A model generated the notes under the pieces. That model was not told where the DNA came from and did not search any database. It worked only from the letters and a program-made list of their open reading frames with translations. Of a stretch of 47,174 nucleotides of DNA, positions 1 through 9,790 are shown one piece after another (position 1 is the stretch's first letter; every line of letters starts with the position of its first letter). Where the stretch lies: contig JANOAV010000211.1 of the NCBI GenBank assembly GCA_031411295.1, positions 1 through 47,174 on the forward strand. The letters run 5' to 3'. Origin of the DNA: Verrucomicrobiales bacterium (lineage in GTDB: Bacteria; Verrucomicrobiota; Verrucomicrobiia; Verrucomicrobiales; V1-33). Both the position numbers and the translations under genes were made by a program.

Positions 1-140
1 AAAAACGGATCTGCGAAACGCCATCGAAGCCTTTATCCAAGCCACCAATAATCACCCGCGACCATTTGTGTGGCGCAAGAGAGAGGTCAAAGGCGCCCAG
101 CTTAGAAATACAATTGTTAACTTGTGCAACTAAGCACTAG
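1..140 (+). mobile_element. Right end of an IS630-family insertion sequence (transposase C-terminus at 2..133, element ending near CTAG 137-140)
   Basis: The frame from nt 2 reads KTDLRNAIEAFIQATNNHPRPFVWRKREVKGAQLRNTIVNLCN*. This matches the typical IS630 C-terminal pattern L..AI..FI...N..P.PF.W.K. It is followed at once by GCACTAG, and IS630 elements insert at TA, often CTAG. Confidence 0.75.
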
Positions 141-1014
141 ATTCGCTCGCGTGACGATCCCGACACGACTCCGGTGCACGGCAAACGGAACCACGTTAAT
201 GTATGGAGATAAGCATATTTCGCAAGACGGCGGCCATTCCTGGCGGCCGATTTTTCTACAGGAAATGTCCTCATACAGTTTGCTGGCGTTCTCCGAAAAT
301 GCCCACACGATGGTTAGCAGGGGAGGCAGCGAACTCTTCTTCTCCAGTGATGCTGGTTTGCATTGGCATCGTGAACCAAGACGGCGGGGCACCAGCGCCA
401 TCGCGCTTTCGGCCGACGGCCTGAAAATAGCTGGGATAAACCTGAGTTCCACCCTCCGCATCGTTCGGCATGCCACACCCGTGCTGGAGTATCAAGCCCC
501 ACCGACCGCTCATGGACAGGATCAGACTACCTTTGCGGTGGTGGACACCGGGCCGGCATACTTTCGGAATGATGGCAATGAATCTGCGGACCATACCTTC
601 ACAGTCAATATCGTTTCCCACTTTCAGGTCTGGGCACAGGAACATGGTCTGCCGACGGATGCCACGGCGGCGGACGGGCAGAACCTGCTCCGCTACGCTT
701 TCGGCCAGGAAAGTGATGGTAGTGATGCATCGCAAGTCATCGCATTAAACGGAAACGCAATTAACCGGGGCGGCCCAGCGCTGCTTGGCGATCCCTCCAC
801 TGGTCCACTGCGAATGCTTTTTGGACGGCGCAAGAACTCCGGCCTAACTTACAGACTGGAATTTAGCGCTGACTTGACAGGGTGGCATTTGGACTTCACC
901 GCCCCCACCGTCCTAGCCGACGACGGAACCGTCGAGGCCTGCGCAGTTGAGTTTCCCGCGCAACTTCCGCCGGGCCAGCCACCAAGATTCGCGCGACTGC
1001 GTGTGATACATTAA
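141..1014 (+). pseudogene. 3' fragment of a secreted BNR/Asp-box repeat protein with a Verrucomicrobia-type C-terminal module, 5' part cut off by the IS630
   Basis: ORF 124..1014 starts inside the IS end and has no signal peptide. It has Asp-box motifs SQDGGHSW and SSDAGLHW, a partial Ig-like segment, and the C-terminal pattern W..HGL...ADG.NLLRYAFG...GLTYRLEFSADLTGW...RFARLRV. Confidence 0.6.
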
Positions 1015-1101
1015 GTGAGTGGGAGCGGGACCTCGTGTCTCGTTTTCTTGAGTTCACGCTATAGGCTTTGCCTGCTCCTCAACCACACTCTTTCATCACC
1101 C

Positions 1102-2742
1102 ATGCGTTCTCGATTCCTTTTGCTTGCACTATTTACGGGGCTTACCGCTCTGGCCAGTGCAGCGCCCAAGCCCAATGTGCTTTTCCTGCTCTCGGACGAT
1201 CACAGTTACCCTTTCCTGAGTTGCTATGGCGACACCAATGTGAAGACGCCCACGCTGGATAAACTGGCGGCGGAGGGGATGAAATTCCATCGCTTCTTTA
1301 CCACTGCTCCGCAGTGTGTGCCCTCGAGGGCATCGCTGATGACGGGGCGCTCCCCGGTGGCGGCTCGCATTACGCGATTCTCTTCTCCGCTGCCGAAGGA
1401 TGAAATCATCTTTCCGCAACTGCTGCGGGAGCAGGCCGGTTACTACACGGGAATTTGCGGTCGATCCTTCCACCTGGATGGTTCCGGCGGCAAGGGGGAT
1501 ACCGGGATTGGCGAAATCCTGACAGAGCATCAGATGCGGACGTTTGAGGATCGGGTGGACTTCCTGCAAGGCTGCCCGGATGCGCAAGTGGCAGCGCAAC
1601 TTGAGGCGTTTCTGGACAAGAAGCCTGAAGCTAAACCGTTCTTCATGTGGGCGAATTTTAGCAACCCGCATCACGCGTGGAATGCTCCTGCGGCATTCCG
1701 TCCTGATCCGGCCTCGCTCAAGCTGCCCGCGCATTGGCCGGACTTGCCAGGGATGCGTGAGCAACTAGCTGATTACTGCGCAGAGGTAAATCAATTGGAC
1801 CAGACCATTGCCGGGGTGCTGCAGGTCCTGGTGAAACGGCATTTGATGGAGCAGACGATGATTGTGTTCATTGGCGACAATGGTGTTGCGCTGCCACATG
1901 GAAAGGGATCGCTCTACGATCCGGGATCGAATGTGCCCTGCGTGGTGCGGTGGCCAGGCCATGTCAAAGCAGGGACGGAATCGCGCGCCTTGATCAGTGG
2001 CGAGGACCTAGCGCCCACGCTGTTGGCTGCCGCTGCCGTGGCGGTGCCGACGAAAATCAGTGGGGTTAGTTTCCTGCCGCTCTTGCAGGGAGAATCGTTC
2101 ACGCCACGGAAACATTTGTTTGTCGAACGCGGGCCTCATGGCTCGGCTCCCGTGACCCAGAACATGACGAACAATGGTTACGATCTGAGCCGGGCGGTGC
2201 GCAGTGATCGATATAAATTTATTTACAACTGCACCCCCTGGATTCCTTATGCACCAGTCGATTCCGCCGGTGGAGCGGCTTGGCAGCAAATTGCCGCGGC
2301 CCACGAAAAGGGCGCGCTCAGCCTTGGAGCGAACGCGACCTACTTTACCACCCCGCGTCCGGTGTATGAACTCTATGATCTGGAGACGGATCCATCCGAA
2401 CTTAATAACGTTAGTGGTAAAGCGGAGTTGGTGGAAGTCGAATCATCCCTGCGTCGTGCCATGGCGGAGAAGATGATCTTGGATTTCGACTACCTGCCAC
2501 TGCCAGCCCTGAATCTCAAAGGAGAGGCGAAAGCGGTTCCCACTCCTAAAGCCAAAGCAGGGAATCGTGCTGGCGCGTTCAAGAAATTGGACGCGAATGA
2601 CGATGGCAAACTCAGCAAAGCTGAATTTAGCGCAGGCCGCCAACCGGAAGATGCTGAGAAATGGTGGCAACTCCGCGACACCGACAAGAATGGTTTCCTG
2701 AGTCGGGAGGAGTATTTAAGCGAGGCTCCGCTTACGAAATAA
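1102..2742 (+). CDS. Cys-type (formylglycine) sulfatase with C-terminal EF-hand pair
   Basis: Signal peptide MRSRFLLLAL.., KPNVLFLLSDDH, CVPSRASLMTGR, GDNG..LPHGK, ELYDLETDPSELNN, and EF-hand loops DANDDGKLSKAEF and DTDKNGFLSREEY. ATG 1102 preferred over GTG 1015. Confidence 0.92.
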   Translation: MRSRFLLLALFTGLTALASAAPKPNVLFLLSDDHSYPFLSCYGDTNVKTPTLDKLAAEGMKFHRFFTTAPQCVPSRASLMTGRSPVAARITRFSSPLPKDEIIFPQLLREQAGYYTGICGRSFHLDGSGGKGDTGIGEILTEHQMRTFEDRVDFLQGCPDAQVAAQLEAFLDKKPEAKPFFMWANFSNPHHAWNAPAAFRPDPASLKLPAHWPDLPGMREQLADYCAEVNQLDQTIAGVLQVLVKRHLMEQTMIVFIGDNGVALPHGKGSLYDPGSNVPCVVRWPGHVKAGTESRALISGEDLAPTLLAAAAVAVPTKISGVSFLPLLQGESFTPRKHLFVERGPHGSAPVTQNMTNNGYDLSRAVRSDRYKFIYNCTPWIPYAPVDSAGGAAWQQIAAAHEKGALSLGANATYFTTPRPVYELYDLETDPSELNNVSGKAELVEVESSLRRAMAEKMILDFDYLPLPALNLKGEAKAVPTPKAKAGNRAGAFKKLDANDDGKLSKAEFSAGRQPEDAEKWWQLRDTDKNGFLSREEYLSEAPLTK

Positions 2743-2793
2743 CGTGCCAGTATTTTCTTCCCGCCACTGCATCGTGCTTATAGCTATCAACTC

Positions 2794-4698
2794 ATGAAAT
2801 TTCTTCCAGTTCTCCTGCTCACGGCTGCTTTCTGCGGCCTCTCCTCGCTTCACGCCAAGCCCAATGTCGTCGTCATCTTCATTGATGATCTCGGTTATGC
2901 CGATGTGGGACCATTTGGGGCCACGAAGCAGAAGACACCTAACTTGGATCGCATGGCGCAGGAAGGGATGAAGTTGACCAGTTTCTATGCGGCCCCGGTG
3001 TGCTCCGTGTCGCGGGCGCAAGTGATGACGGGATGTTATGGCGTGCGCGTTTCGGTGCCGGGAGTGTATTTTCCGGGCGGGCCAAATGGCTTGAATCCCA
3101 AGGAAGAAACGGTGGCGGAGCGATTGAAAGCGCTGGGCTATGCCACCGCTTGCGTGGGGAAATGGCACTTGGGAGACCAGCCTGAATTCCTTCCGACCAA
3201 GCAGGGATTCGATCATTATTTCGGCATTCCTTACTCGAACGACATGCAGTATAAGACGGTGGGCGGCAGTGAAGTGGTTTCGCCTATTCTGCGTGATGAA
3301 AAGGTGGCAGAGTTGATGACGGATGAGCAGCAAAGCACGCTGGTGGAGCGCTACACGGCGGAAGCGACCAAGTTTATCAAGGACAGTAAGGACCGCCCCT
3401 TCTTCCTGTATTTTGCGCACTCCGCGGTGCATACACCGATCCATCCGGGCGCCGCGTTTCGTGGGAAATCCTCGAATGGTCGCTTTGGGGATTGGGTGGA
3501 GGAGATGGATTGGAGTGTGGGCAAAGTCCTGGCGACGTTGCAGGAATTGAAGTTGGATGAGAACACGTTAGTGCTCTTCACGAGTGACAATGGACCCTGG
3601 CTGACAAAGGGGGCTGATGGTGGCAGTGCGCTGCCGTTGCGCGGGGGCAAAGGAAGCACTTGGGAAGGTGGAATGCGCGTGCCGACGATTGCGCGCTGGC
3701 CGGGTAAAATTAAAGCAGGCAGCGTGAGCCCTACGGTGGCCGGGACCATCGACATCATGCCCACCTTGGTGGCGGTGGCTGGCGGAACGGTGGCGGCGGA
3801 ACCAGTGATTGATGGCCGCGATATTTCCCCGCAACTGTTTGGCAAGACCACGGAAGCAGCCCGGGAAGCGCATTATTATTTCTCTGGCTACAAGCTCCAG
3901 GCAGTGCGCCAGGGGCCGTGGAAGCTGGCTCTTTCCAGCCAACCGTTGGGCATGGGAAAAGTCGAGTCGGCGGAGGAAATGCCGAATCCACGGCTCTATA
4001 ATTTGGAGGAGGAAATAGGCGAGGTGACGAATGTGGCGGCTAAACATCCTGACATTGTGGCATCATTACGAGCGCTGGCGGAGAAGAAGGAAGCCGAGAT
4101 TGGTGGCAATCATCCGACCTCCCGTCGGCCCGCCGGAGAGGTGGCGAATCCACAAACGCTCTACCCCATGGAATCCAAACGCGCGGGTGGTAAGGCCAAA
4201 GCAGAAAAGGGAGCAACCAAGCCTGCGGTAAAAACTAGCGCGTTGAATGAGCTGAAATTGGGAGCGGTGTTGGCCTCAACCGACGCACCGCAGGTGGCGA
4301 ATGGCGGATTCAGCATTGCCTGCACGGTGGAGACGCAGCAGCCGGATGCGGTGATCGTGGCGCAAGGTGGAGCCAGCGCAGGGTATGCGCTGCATTTGCG
4401 GGGCGGCCACGTGGTGTTCACTGTCCGTCATGGTGCGGATGCGGAATTTGCCGAGATCGTTTCGCCTGACAAGATCGCTGGCAGCACCAAGCTCGTGGCT
4501 GAACTGGCCGCTGACAAGAGACTCCGTTTATCAGTCAATGGCAAAGCGGTCGCCACGGCCAAGGCGAAGTCCTTCATTCCCCGTCAGCCAGCCGAGGATT
4601 TCTGTTTGGGGCATGATAACCAAGTGGCGGTTGCCAACTATCAAAGTAAAGAGGCCTTCAAAGGGACCATTGGCGGGTTGAACATCACCCGGCAGTGA
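2794..4698 (+). CDS. Arylsulfatase A-like sulfatase with C-terminal LamG/ConA-like domain
   Basis: Signal peptide, KPNVVVIFIDDLGYAD, CSVSRAQVMTG, GKWHLG, FTSDNGPW, GGKGSTWEGGMRVP, and a beta-rich C-terminal domain (IVAQGG..GYALHL..G). Confidence 0.92.
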   Translation: MKFLPVLLLTAAFCGLSSLHAKPNVVVIFIDDLGYADVGPFGATKQKTPNLDRMAQEGMKLTSFYAAPVCSVSRAQVMTGCYGVRVSVPGVYFPGGPNGLNPKEETVAERLKALGYATACVGKWHLGDQPEFLPTKQGFDHYFGIPYSNDMQYKTVGGSEVVSPILRDEKVAELMTDEQQSTLVERYTAEATKFIKDSKDRPFFLYFAHSAVHTPIHPGAAFRGKSSNGRFGDWVEEMDWSVGKVLATLQELKLDENTLVLFTSDNGPWLTKGADGGSALPLRGGKGSTWEGGMRVPTIARWPGKIKAGSVSPTVAGTIDIMPTLVAVAGGTVAAEPVIDGRDISPQLFGKTTEAAREAHYYFSGYKLQAVRQGPWKLALSSQPLGMGKVESAEEMPNPRLYNLEEEIGEVTNVAAKHPDIVASLRALAEKKEAEIGGNHPTSRRPAGEVANPQTLYPMESKRAGGKAKAEKGATKPAVKTSALNELKLGAVLASTDAPQVANGGFSIACTVETQQPDAVIVAQGGASAGYALHLRGGHVVFTVRHGADAEFAEIVSPDKIAGSTKLVAELAADKRLRLSVNGKAVATAKAKSFIPRQPAEDFCLGHDNQVAVANYQSKEAFKGTIGGLNITRQ

Positions 4699-4784
4699 CG
4701 TGGGCAATACTCGAAAGCGGAGGGGAATGTTCTAGGTGAAATATCCTCACCAAACTTTAATGCTCCGGCATACGCTTACCCAAC

Positions 4785-5633
4785 ATGAAATTTCCAACTT
4801 CGCTTTACCTCACTTTCTGTTCCACCTTGTTACTGGTTCCCTTTGCAGGGGCGGTCACCACCGCCGTGAATTACGGGAGCTTGGGGGCGGCGGGTGATGG
4901 CACCACGATGGACGGCGTGCTGTTGAATGAACCTGGGGCCCTGAGCGCTCCCGGCAACTTGGCACTGGGTTATGGCGGCGGCACGAGGACGACCGTAGGC
5001 TTCCAGACGGCACTGAATCCCGTGGCCTCGAGCCCGTTTACGATCGAATTCTGGGCGAAGCCAGCGGCTGATACCAATGAGACAATCGGGCCCAGTCCGG
5101 TTTTCAATCGTCCTCTTGCCACGAATCGTTCGGGTTGGGTGTTTTTTCAACGCGGCCCGACTAGTGGGTGGAATTTCCGCATGTTCGACGGGGTGTCTTC
5201 CAACGTTGGATGGGACCTAACCGGCGGCACCAACGGGGCCAACACTTGGAGCCATGTGGTGGCGGTCTGGAATGGCTCTGCGGCCATGCTTTACGTCAAT
5301 GGCGCGTTGGCGGACAATACCAACGACCCCACCCGCTCAGGAAACTACTTGGGCAACACGGCGGCCACCATTTCACTTGGAAGTTATTCGGATGGGGCCA
5401 ATCAGTTCACCGGCTCCGTGGATGAGTTTGCGCTCTACAACACGGCTCTGACTCAGGCCCAGATCACCAACCATTTTGCGCTGGCTTCCAGCCCCACGGT
5501 AGGCGCTTATGCTGCCGCCGTGCTAGGTGATGGAGCCGTGGAGTATCTGCCCAACAACCCAGTGCCGGAGCCGACCGGAGTGGCGCTGGCTCTGCTGGGT
5601 GGGGTGCTGCTGGCGGGTCGGCGGAAACGCTAG
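4785..5633 (+). CDS. LamG-like jellyroll protein with PEP-CTERM sorting signal
   Basis: Signal peptide, FTIEFWAKP, WSHVVAVWNG..LYVNG, FTGSVDEFALYN. It ends VPEPTGVALALLGGVLLAGRRKR (PEP motif + TM helix + basic tail). Confidence 0.9.
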   Translation: MKFPTSLYLTFCSTLLLVPFAGAVTTAVNYGSLGAAGDGTTMDGVLLNEPGALSAPGNLALGYGGGTRTTVGFQTALNPVASSPFTIEFWAKPAADTNETIGPSPVFNRPLATNRSGWVFFQRGPTSGWNFRMFDGVSSNVGWDLTGGTNGANTWSHVVAVWNGSAAMLYVNGALADNTNDPTRSGNYLGNTAATISLGSYSDGANQFTGSVDEFALYNTALTQAQITNHFALASSPTVGAYAAAVLGDGAVEYLPNNPVPEPTGVALALLGGVLLAGRRKR

Positions 5634-5661
5634 GGAGCTAGGGATGGAGTCCGTTTTTACT

Positions 5662-5684
5662 GGTGGACAGGATGTCCACCCTCC
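5662..5684 (-). repeat. REP-like palindrome, family A (GGAGGGTGGAC-N5-GTCCACC)
   Basis: GGTGGACAGGATGTCCACCCTCC is the reverse-orientation copy of the repeat at 12898, 14946 and 34940. Confidence 0.7.
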
Positions 5685-5699
5685 TTTTAGGATGTGGTC

Positions 5700-7343
5700 A
5701 TGATGATTCGTCTTATCCTTTTGGTGTCTCTTTTGGTGTCGTTGGTCTGGCCTGCTTTGGCGCGGGCGGCCAAGCCTAATATCCTGTTTCTGTTTGCGGA
5801 TGACTGGGGTCGCTACGCCAGCATTTATGCAGAAGTAAATGGCAAGGGAGGTATCAACGACGTGGTGCGGACCCCTAATTTTGACAAACTGGCGCGGCAA
5901 GGCGTGCTGTTTCGCAATGCCCATGTGAACGCTCCGAGTTGCACGCCGTGCCGGAGTTCGCTGCTCTCCGGACAATACTTCTGGCGCACCGGACGCGGGG
6001 CTATTTTGCAGGGGGCAGTCTGGGATGAGAAGATTCCGACGTATCCGTTGTTGCTGCGCGATAACGGTTACCACATCGGAAAATCATTCAAGGTCTGGAG
6101 TCCCGGCACGCCGGCAGATGCACCGTATGGCGGACAGAAGTATGCTTATCAAAAAGCGGGGAGCCGCTTCTGTAATTTTTCTGAAAATGTCACGGAAATG
6201 ATCGGGCAGGGGAAATCGAGTGAGGTGGCTAAGGAGGAGCTGTATGCGGAGACGCGGCAGAATTTCACGGACTTCCTGGCGGCCCGCCCGCAGGGAGCGC
6301 CCTTTTGCTACTGGTTCGGCCCCACCAATGTGCATCGCACTTGGATCAAGGGCAGCGGCAAGAAGTTGTGGGGGATCGAGCCTGATGCGCTCAAAGGAAA
6401 GCTGCCGCCGTTCCTGCCGGACGTGCCGGAGGTGAGAGAAGATTTGGCCGACTACTTTGGGGAGATTCAGGCTTGGGATGCAGGGGTTGGAGTGTTGCTG
6501 GCCGCGTTGGACAAAACCGGTGAGCGCGAGAACACGCTGGTGGTGATGAGTGGAGATCACGGGGCTCCAGGATTTCCCCACGGGAAATGCAATCTGTATG
6601 GTTTTGGCACGGGTGTCTCCCTGGGGATTGCCGGGCCCGGAGTGAAGGGCGGACGGGTGGTGGATGATTTTGTAAACTTGATGGACTTGGCACCCACGTT
6701 TCTGGAAGCAGGCGGGGTGGCGATTCCCGAGGTGATGACTGGGCGCAGTCTGTGGCCTATTTTGAAATCGGATAAAGCGGGATTGGTGGACCCGCAGCGG
6801 ACCCAAGTTTTCACTGGGCGGGAGCGACACGTGGAGAACGCGCGGGCGGATTTTGCCCCTTATCCGCAGCGAGCCATCCGCACGGCGGAACATGTGCTAA
6901 TTATAAATTTTCATCCCGAGCGCTGGCCGCAGGGCGATCCCTACGGACTCGATAGCGCAAATCCGCCCAGTGTGCAAGAAGTCGAAAAGCACACCCGGGC
7001 GACGATTCCTGACGAAGATGCCGGGCCGACGAAAGCATGGCTAGTCGGGGAACGAAACTCTCCGCAATGGAAGGTTCATTTCGATTGGGTTTACGGCAAG
7101 CGTCCAAAATACGAACTCTACGATCTTAAAAAGGATCCCCATGAAACCAAGAATCTAGCGGACGATCCGGACTATGCGCAGGTCAAACGCGACTTGGAAT
7201 CGCGTTTGCTAGGCGAGTTGCGTCGGACCGGAGATCCCCGCATGGTGGAGGACGGGAAATTCTTCGAAACCCCACCGCTGGCTGGTCCGTTGGTGGAGGA
7301 AGCTAAAGGTAAAAGGAAAATTCCTGATACCGCCAATAAGTGA
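5700..7343 (+). CDS. Cys-type sulfatase (heparan N-sulfatase-like)
   Basis: Signal peptide ending [60 protein letters not shown]. Confidence 0.9.
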   Translation: MMIRLILLVSLLVSLVWPALARAAKPNILFLFADDWGRYASIYAEVNGKGGINDVVRTPNFDKLARQGVLFRNAHVNAPSCTPCRSSLLSGQYFWRTGRGAILQGAVWDEKIPTYPLLLRDNGYHIGKSFKVWSPGTPADAPYGGQKYAYQKAGSRFCNFSENVTEMIGQGKSSEVAKEELYAETRQNFTDFLAARPQGAPFCYWFGPTNVHRTWIKGSGKKLWGIEPDALKGKLPPFLPDVPEVREDLADYFGEIQAWDAGVGVLLAALDKTGERENTLVVMSGDHGAPGFPHGKCNLYGFGTGVSLGIAGPGVKGGRVVDDFVNLMDLAPTFLEAGGVAIPEVMTGRSLWPILKSDKAGLVDPQRTQVFTGRERHVENARADFAPYPQRAIRTAEHVLIINFHPERWPQGDPYGLDSANPPSVQEVEKHTRATIPDEDAGPTKAWLVGERNSPQWKVHFDWVYGKRPKYELYDLKKDPHETKNLADDPDYAQVKRDLESRLLGELRRTGDPRMVEDGKFFETPPLAGPLVEEAKGKRKIPDTANK

Positions 7344-7355
7344 TGGGACCCAGAA

Positions 7356-9620
7356 TTATTCCAAGAGCATGGCTTCCACCATTTGCTGCAGCTCCTGCGG
7401 CTGGTAGGGCTTGGGAAGGACTGCGCGGAAGCCGTAGTCCATATAACGGGAGAGGACCGGGTCATCACAGTAGCCGCTGCTGACGATCGCGCGGGCTTGG
7501 GGATCCTTGAGGAGGATTTGATCCATCGCCTGCAAGCCTCCCATTCCGTTAGGGATGGAGAGGTCCATGATGAGCAATTGGTAAGGATTGCCTTCCTCCA
7601 TGGCGTTGGCATAGCGGGCAATGGTGTCGTGGCCGTCGATGGTTTGATCTACTTCACAGCCAATCGATTTCAAGGTGGCGGACATCAACTGACGAATGAG
7701 CGGCTCGTCTTCCAGGATAAGAATCCGACGGGGGCCTTTACTACTGGAAGGTCGCGCGATTTCGACGTCCAGATGATCTGGACGGATCTCGATGACAGGT
7801 GGTTGGAATTTAGGGATCCGCAGGCTGACCGTGGTGCCAACTCCAGGAGTTGATGCTAGTTCCAAGACCGCTCCATGCGCCTTGGCGATGGAATCGCAGA
7901 CGGTTAAGCCCAAGCCAGTGGCGTGGTCTTCATCGCGTGTGGTAAAGTAGGGCTCGAAGACTAGGGGGAGCGCCTCGTTAGGGATCCCTCCTCCAGTGTC
8001 GGTGAGCTGGAGGAGAATCCATTGCTCGGGCGCGCCGACGGCTTGAGTTGAGTCCTGGTCAACCGCCGCACTGAGGGTGAGTTTGATGGTGCCTGGTGCT
8101 CTGATCGCCTGCTCGGCGTTGCGCACCAGATTGTGCAGCAAGCGGGCGAATTGCTGCCGATCCACTTCGGCCTGGAGGAGTTGGGGGCTGATCTCCATTT
8201 CATAATTCACCCCTTCCTGACGGGGCCATTCATGGAACCACTCCTTAACGAAGCGGCCGAAGTCCGTGACTTGCTTAACGGGCACGCCGCCACGAGCGAA
8301 GATCAGCAGGTGCTGGACCAGCCCTTGGGCTTGCAGGGTGGCCTGCTTGGCGGTAACGATTTCGGCATAGCCGGGGGATTCTGCCGCGGTCTGCATTTCC
8401 GCCAGGGATATGTTGCCTAGCAGGACAGTGAGCAGGTTGTTGAAATCATGCGCGAAGCCCCGGGCGAGGAGGCCCAGGGATTCCAGTTTCTCCAATTTGC
8501 GCTCCTGCTCGTCTGCGGCTTTACGCTCGGTAATGTCCCGGCCCAGACACAGGAGGCCGCTGCCGTAGGGATTTACTTGCACTTCAAACCAGCGTTGCAA
8601 CGATTCGATTTCCATCTCGAAGGTGCGCGGCTGAGACTTGCTTAGGGCTTGGCTGAACTCGTGATAGTAGCGTTGGTGCGTCGATTTGGGAAGGCAATCC
8701 CAGAGGGAGCGACCAACGAGATTCTCCCGAGTGTCGGCCAGGATGTTAGCAGCTGGGGCGTTGAGGTAGGTAATGCCCCAGTTGGCATCGCAAGCCAGCA
8801 GGGGGCCGCTCAAGCTTTGCACGAGGCTGGCTAAGTTGACCTCGGGGGCGGACTTGGAGAGTGCCGGAAGACTCGCTTCGTCTGCTGTAATGGCGCGTGC
8901 CCGGAGCAGCACAACAATGCCTGAGAGGGTGCCGTCCGGCTCCCGAATGGGCGCAGTGCTGTCCTCGATAGCTTCCACGGAGCCGTCCCGACGTGTCAGT
9001 AAAATGGGGCGAGCCGCCCCGGCGGTGGCCAGCTCGTCCTCCAAGGCGATTCCCTCTGCATGGGAGAGACGAAGGATGTCGGTGAGCGGTTTGGCGCGCG
9101 CCTCACTAAATGACCACCCGGTCAATCGTTCCGCCGTCGGGTTCATGAAACTGATCTGGCCCAGCAAGTCGGTGGCAATCACGCCATCCGGCAGGCTGCT
9201 CACGGTATTGCGGAGCATTTCAGCCGAGGCCGCGAGATGCCGTTGCGCCCTGTGGTTGGCGGCCGCTACTTCGATGGCGCTGCGCAGCTCGCTTTCGTGA
9301 AAGGGTTTCAGCAGGTATCCGAAAGGTTGCGTGTCACGCGTCCGGTCGAGCAGGCGGCTATCGGCGTGGGAGGTTAGGAGGATCACTGGCACCGCATGCT
9401 CCAGTTGCAGCTTGCGGGTGGATGCGATGCCCTCTGGTCCATCGGAAAGGTTAATGTTTACCAAGGCGACATCTGAGGAGACGGTCTTGACTGCTAGGAT
9501 CGCGTTGGGCCCGCTATTGACCACTGCGGACACGGTATATCCCAGCCTGACCAGCGCGGTCTGCAAATCGCGCGCAGCGAGAGGGTCGTCTTCGACGATC
9601 AGAATGCGCAGGGAATTCAT
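7356..9620 (-). CDS. Hybrid sensor histidine kinase/response regulator (REC-PAS-PAS-HisKA-HATPase-REC)
   Basis: N-terminal ILIVEDD receiver, two PAS-like segments, H-box GFAHDFNNLL, N-box NLVRNAEQA, G-boxes DTGGGI and GLGL, and C-terminal receiver ILILEDE..MDLSIP..LPKPY. Confidence 0.93.
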   Translation of the reverse strand: MNSLRILIVEDDPLAARDLQTALVRLGYTVSAVVNSGPNAILAVKTVSSDVALVNINLSDGPEGIASTRKLQLEHAVPVILLTSHADSRLLDRTRDTQPFGYLLKPFHESELRSAIEVAAANHRAQRHLAASAEMLRNTVSSLPDGVIATDLLGQISFMNPTAERLTGWSFSEARAKPLTDILRLSHAEGIALEDELATAGAARPILLTRRDGSVEAIEDSTAPIREPDGTLSGIVVLLRARAITADEASLPALSKSAPEVNLASLVQSLSGPLLACDANWGITYLNAPAANILADTRENLVGRSLWDCLPKSTHQRYYHEFSQALSKSQPRTFEMEIESLQRWFEVQVNPYGSGLLCLGRDITERKAADEQERKLEKLESLGLLARGFAHDFNNLLTVLLGNISLAEMQTAAESPGYAEIVTAKQATLQAQGLVQHLLIFARGGVPVKQVTDFGRFVKEWFHEWPRQEGVNYEMEISPQLLQAEVDRQQFARLLHNLVRNAEQAIRAPGTIKLTLSAAVDQDSTQAVGAPEQWILLQLTDTGGGIPNEALPLVFEPYFTTRDEDHATGLGLTVCDSIAKAHGAVLELASTPGVGTTVSLRIPKFQPPVIEIRPDHLDVEIARPSSSKGPRRILILEDEPLIRQLMSATLKSIGCEVDQTIDGHDTIARYANAMEEGNPYQLLIMDLSIPNGMGGLQAMDQILLKDPQARAIVSSGYCDDPVLSRYMDYGFRAVLPKPYQPQELQQMVEAMLLE

Positions 9621-9790
9621 GGGGAGTGTGGAAATAGCGGAAATATTTTAGAAAAACTAATATTCCAGAAATTTGAAGTATCTGTCGTAAATTACAAGTG
9701 GGAAATTGCTGAAATCAACCACTCGTTATAACAGAGAAGCACAGTGTCCTGACTAGCAAGGGGCGAGAAATGGGTCGCAAATTTGATAGA

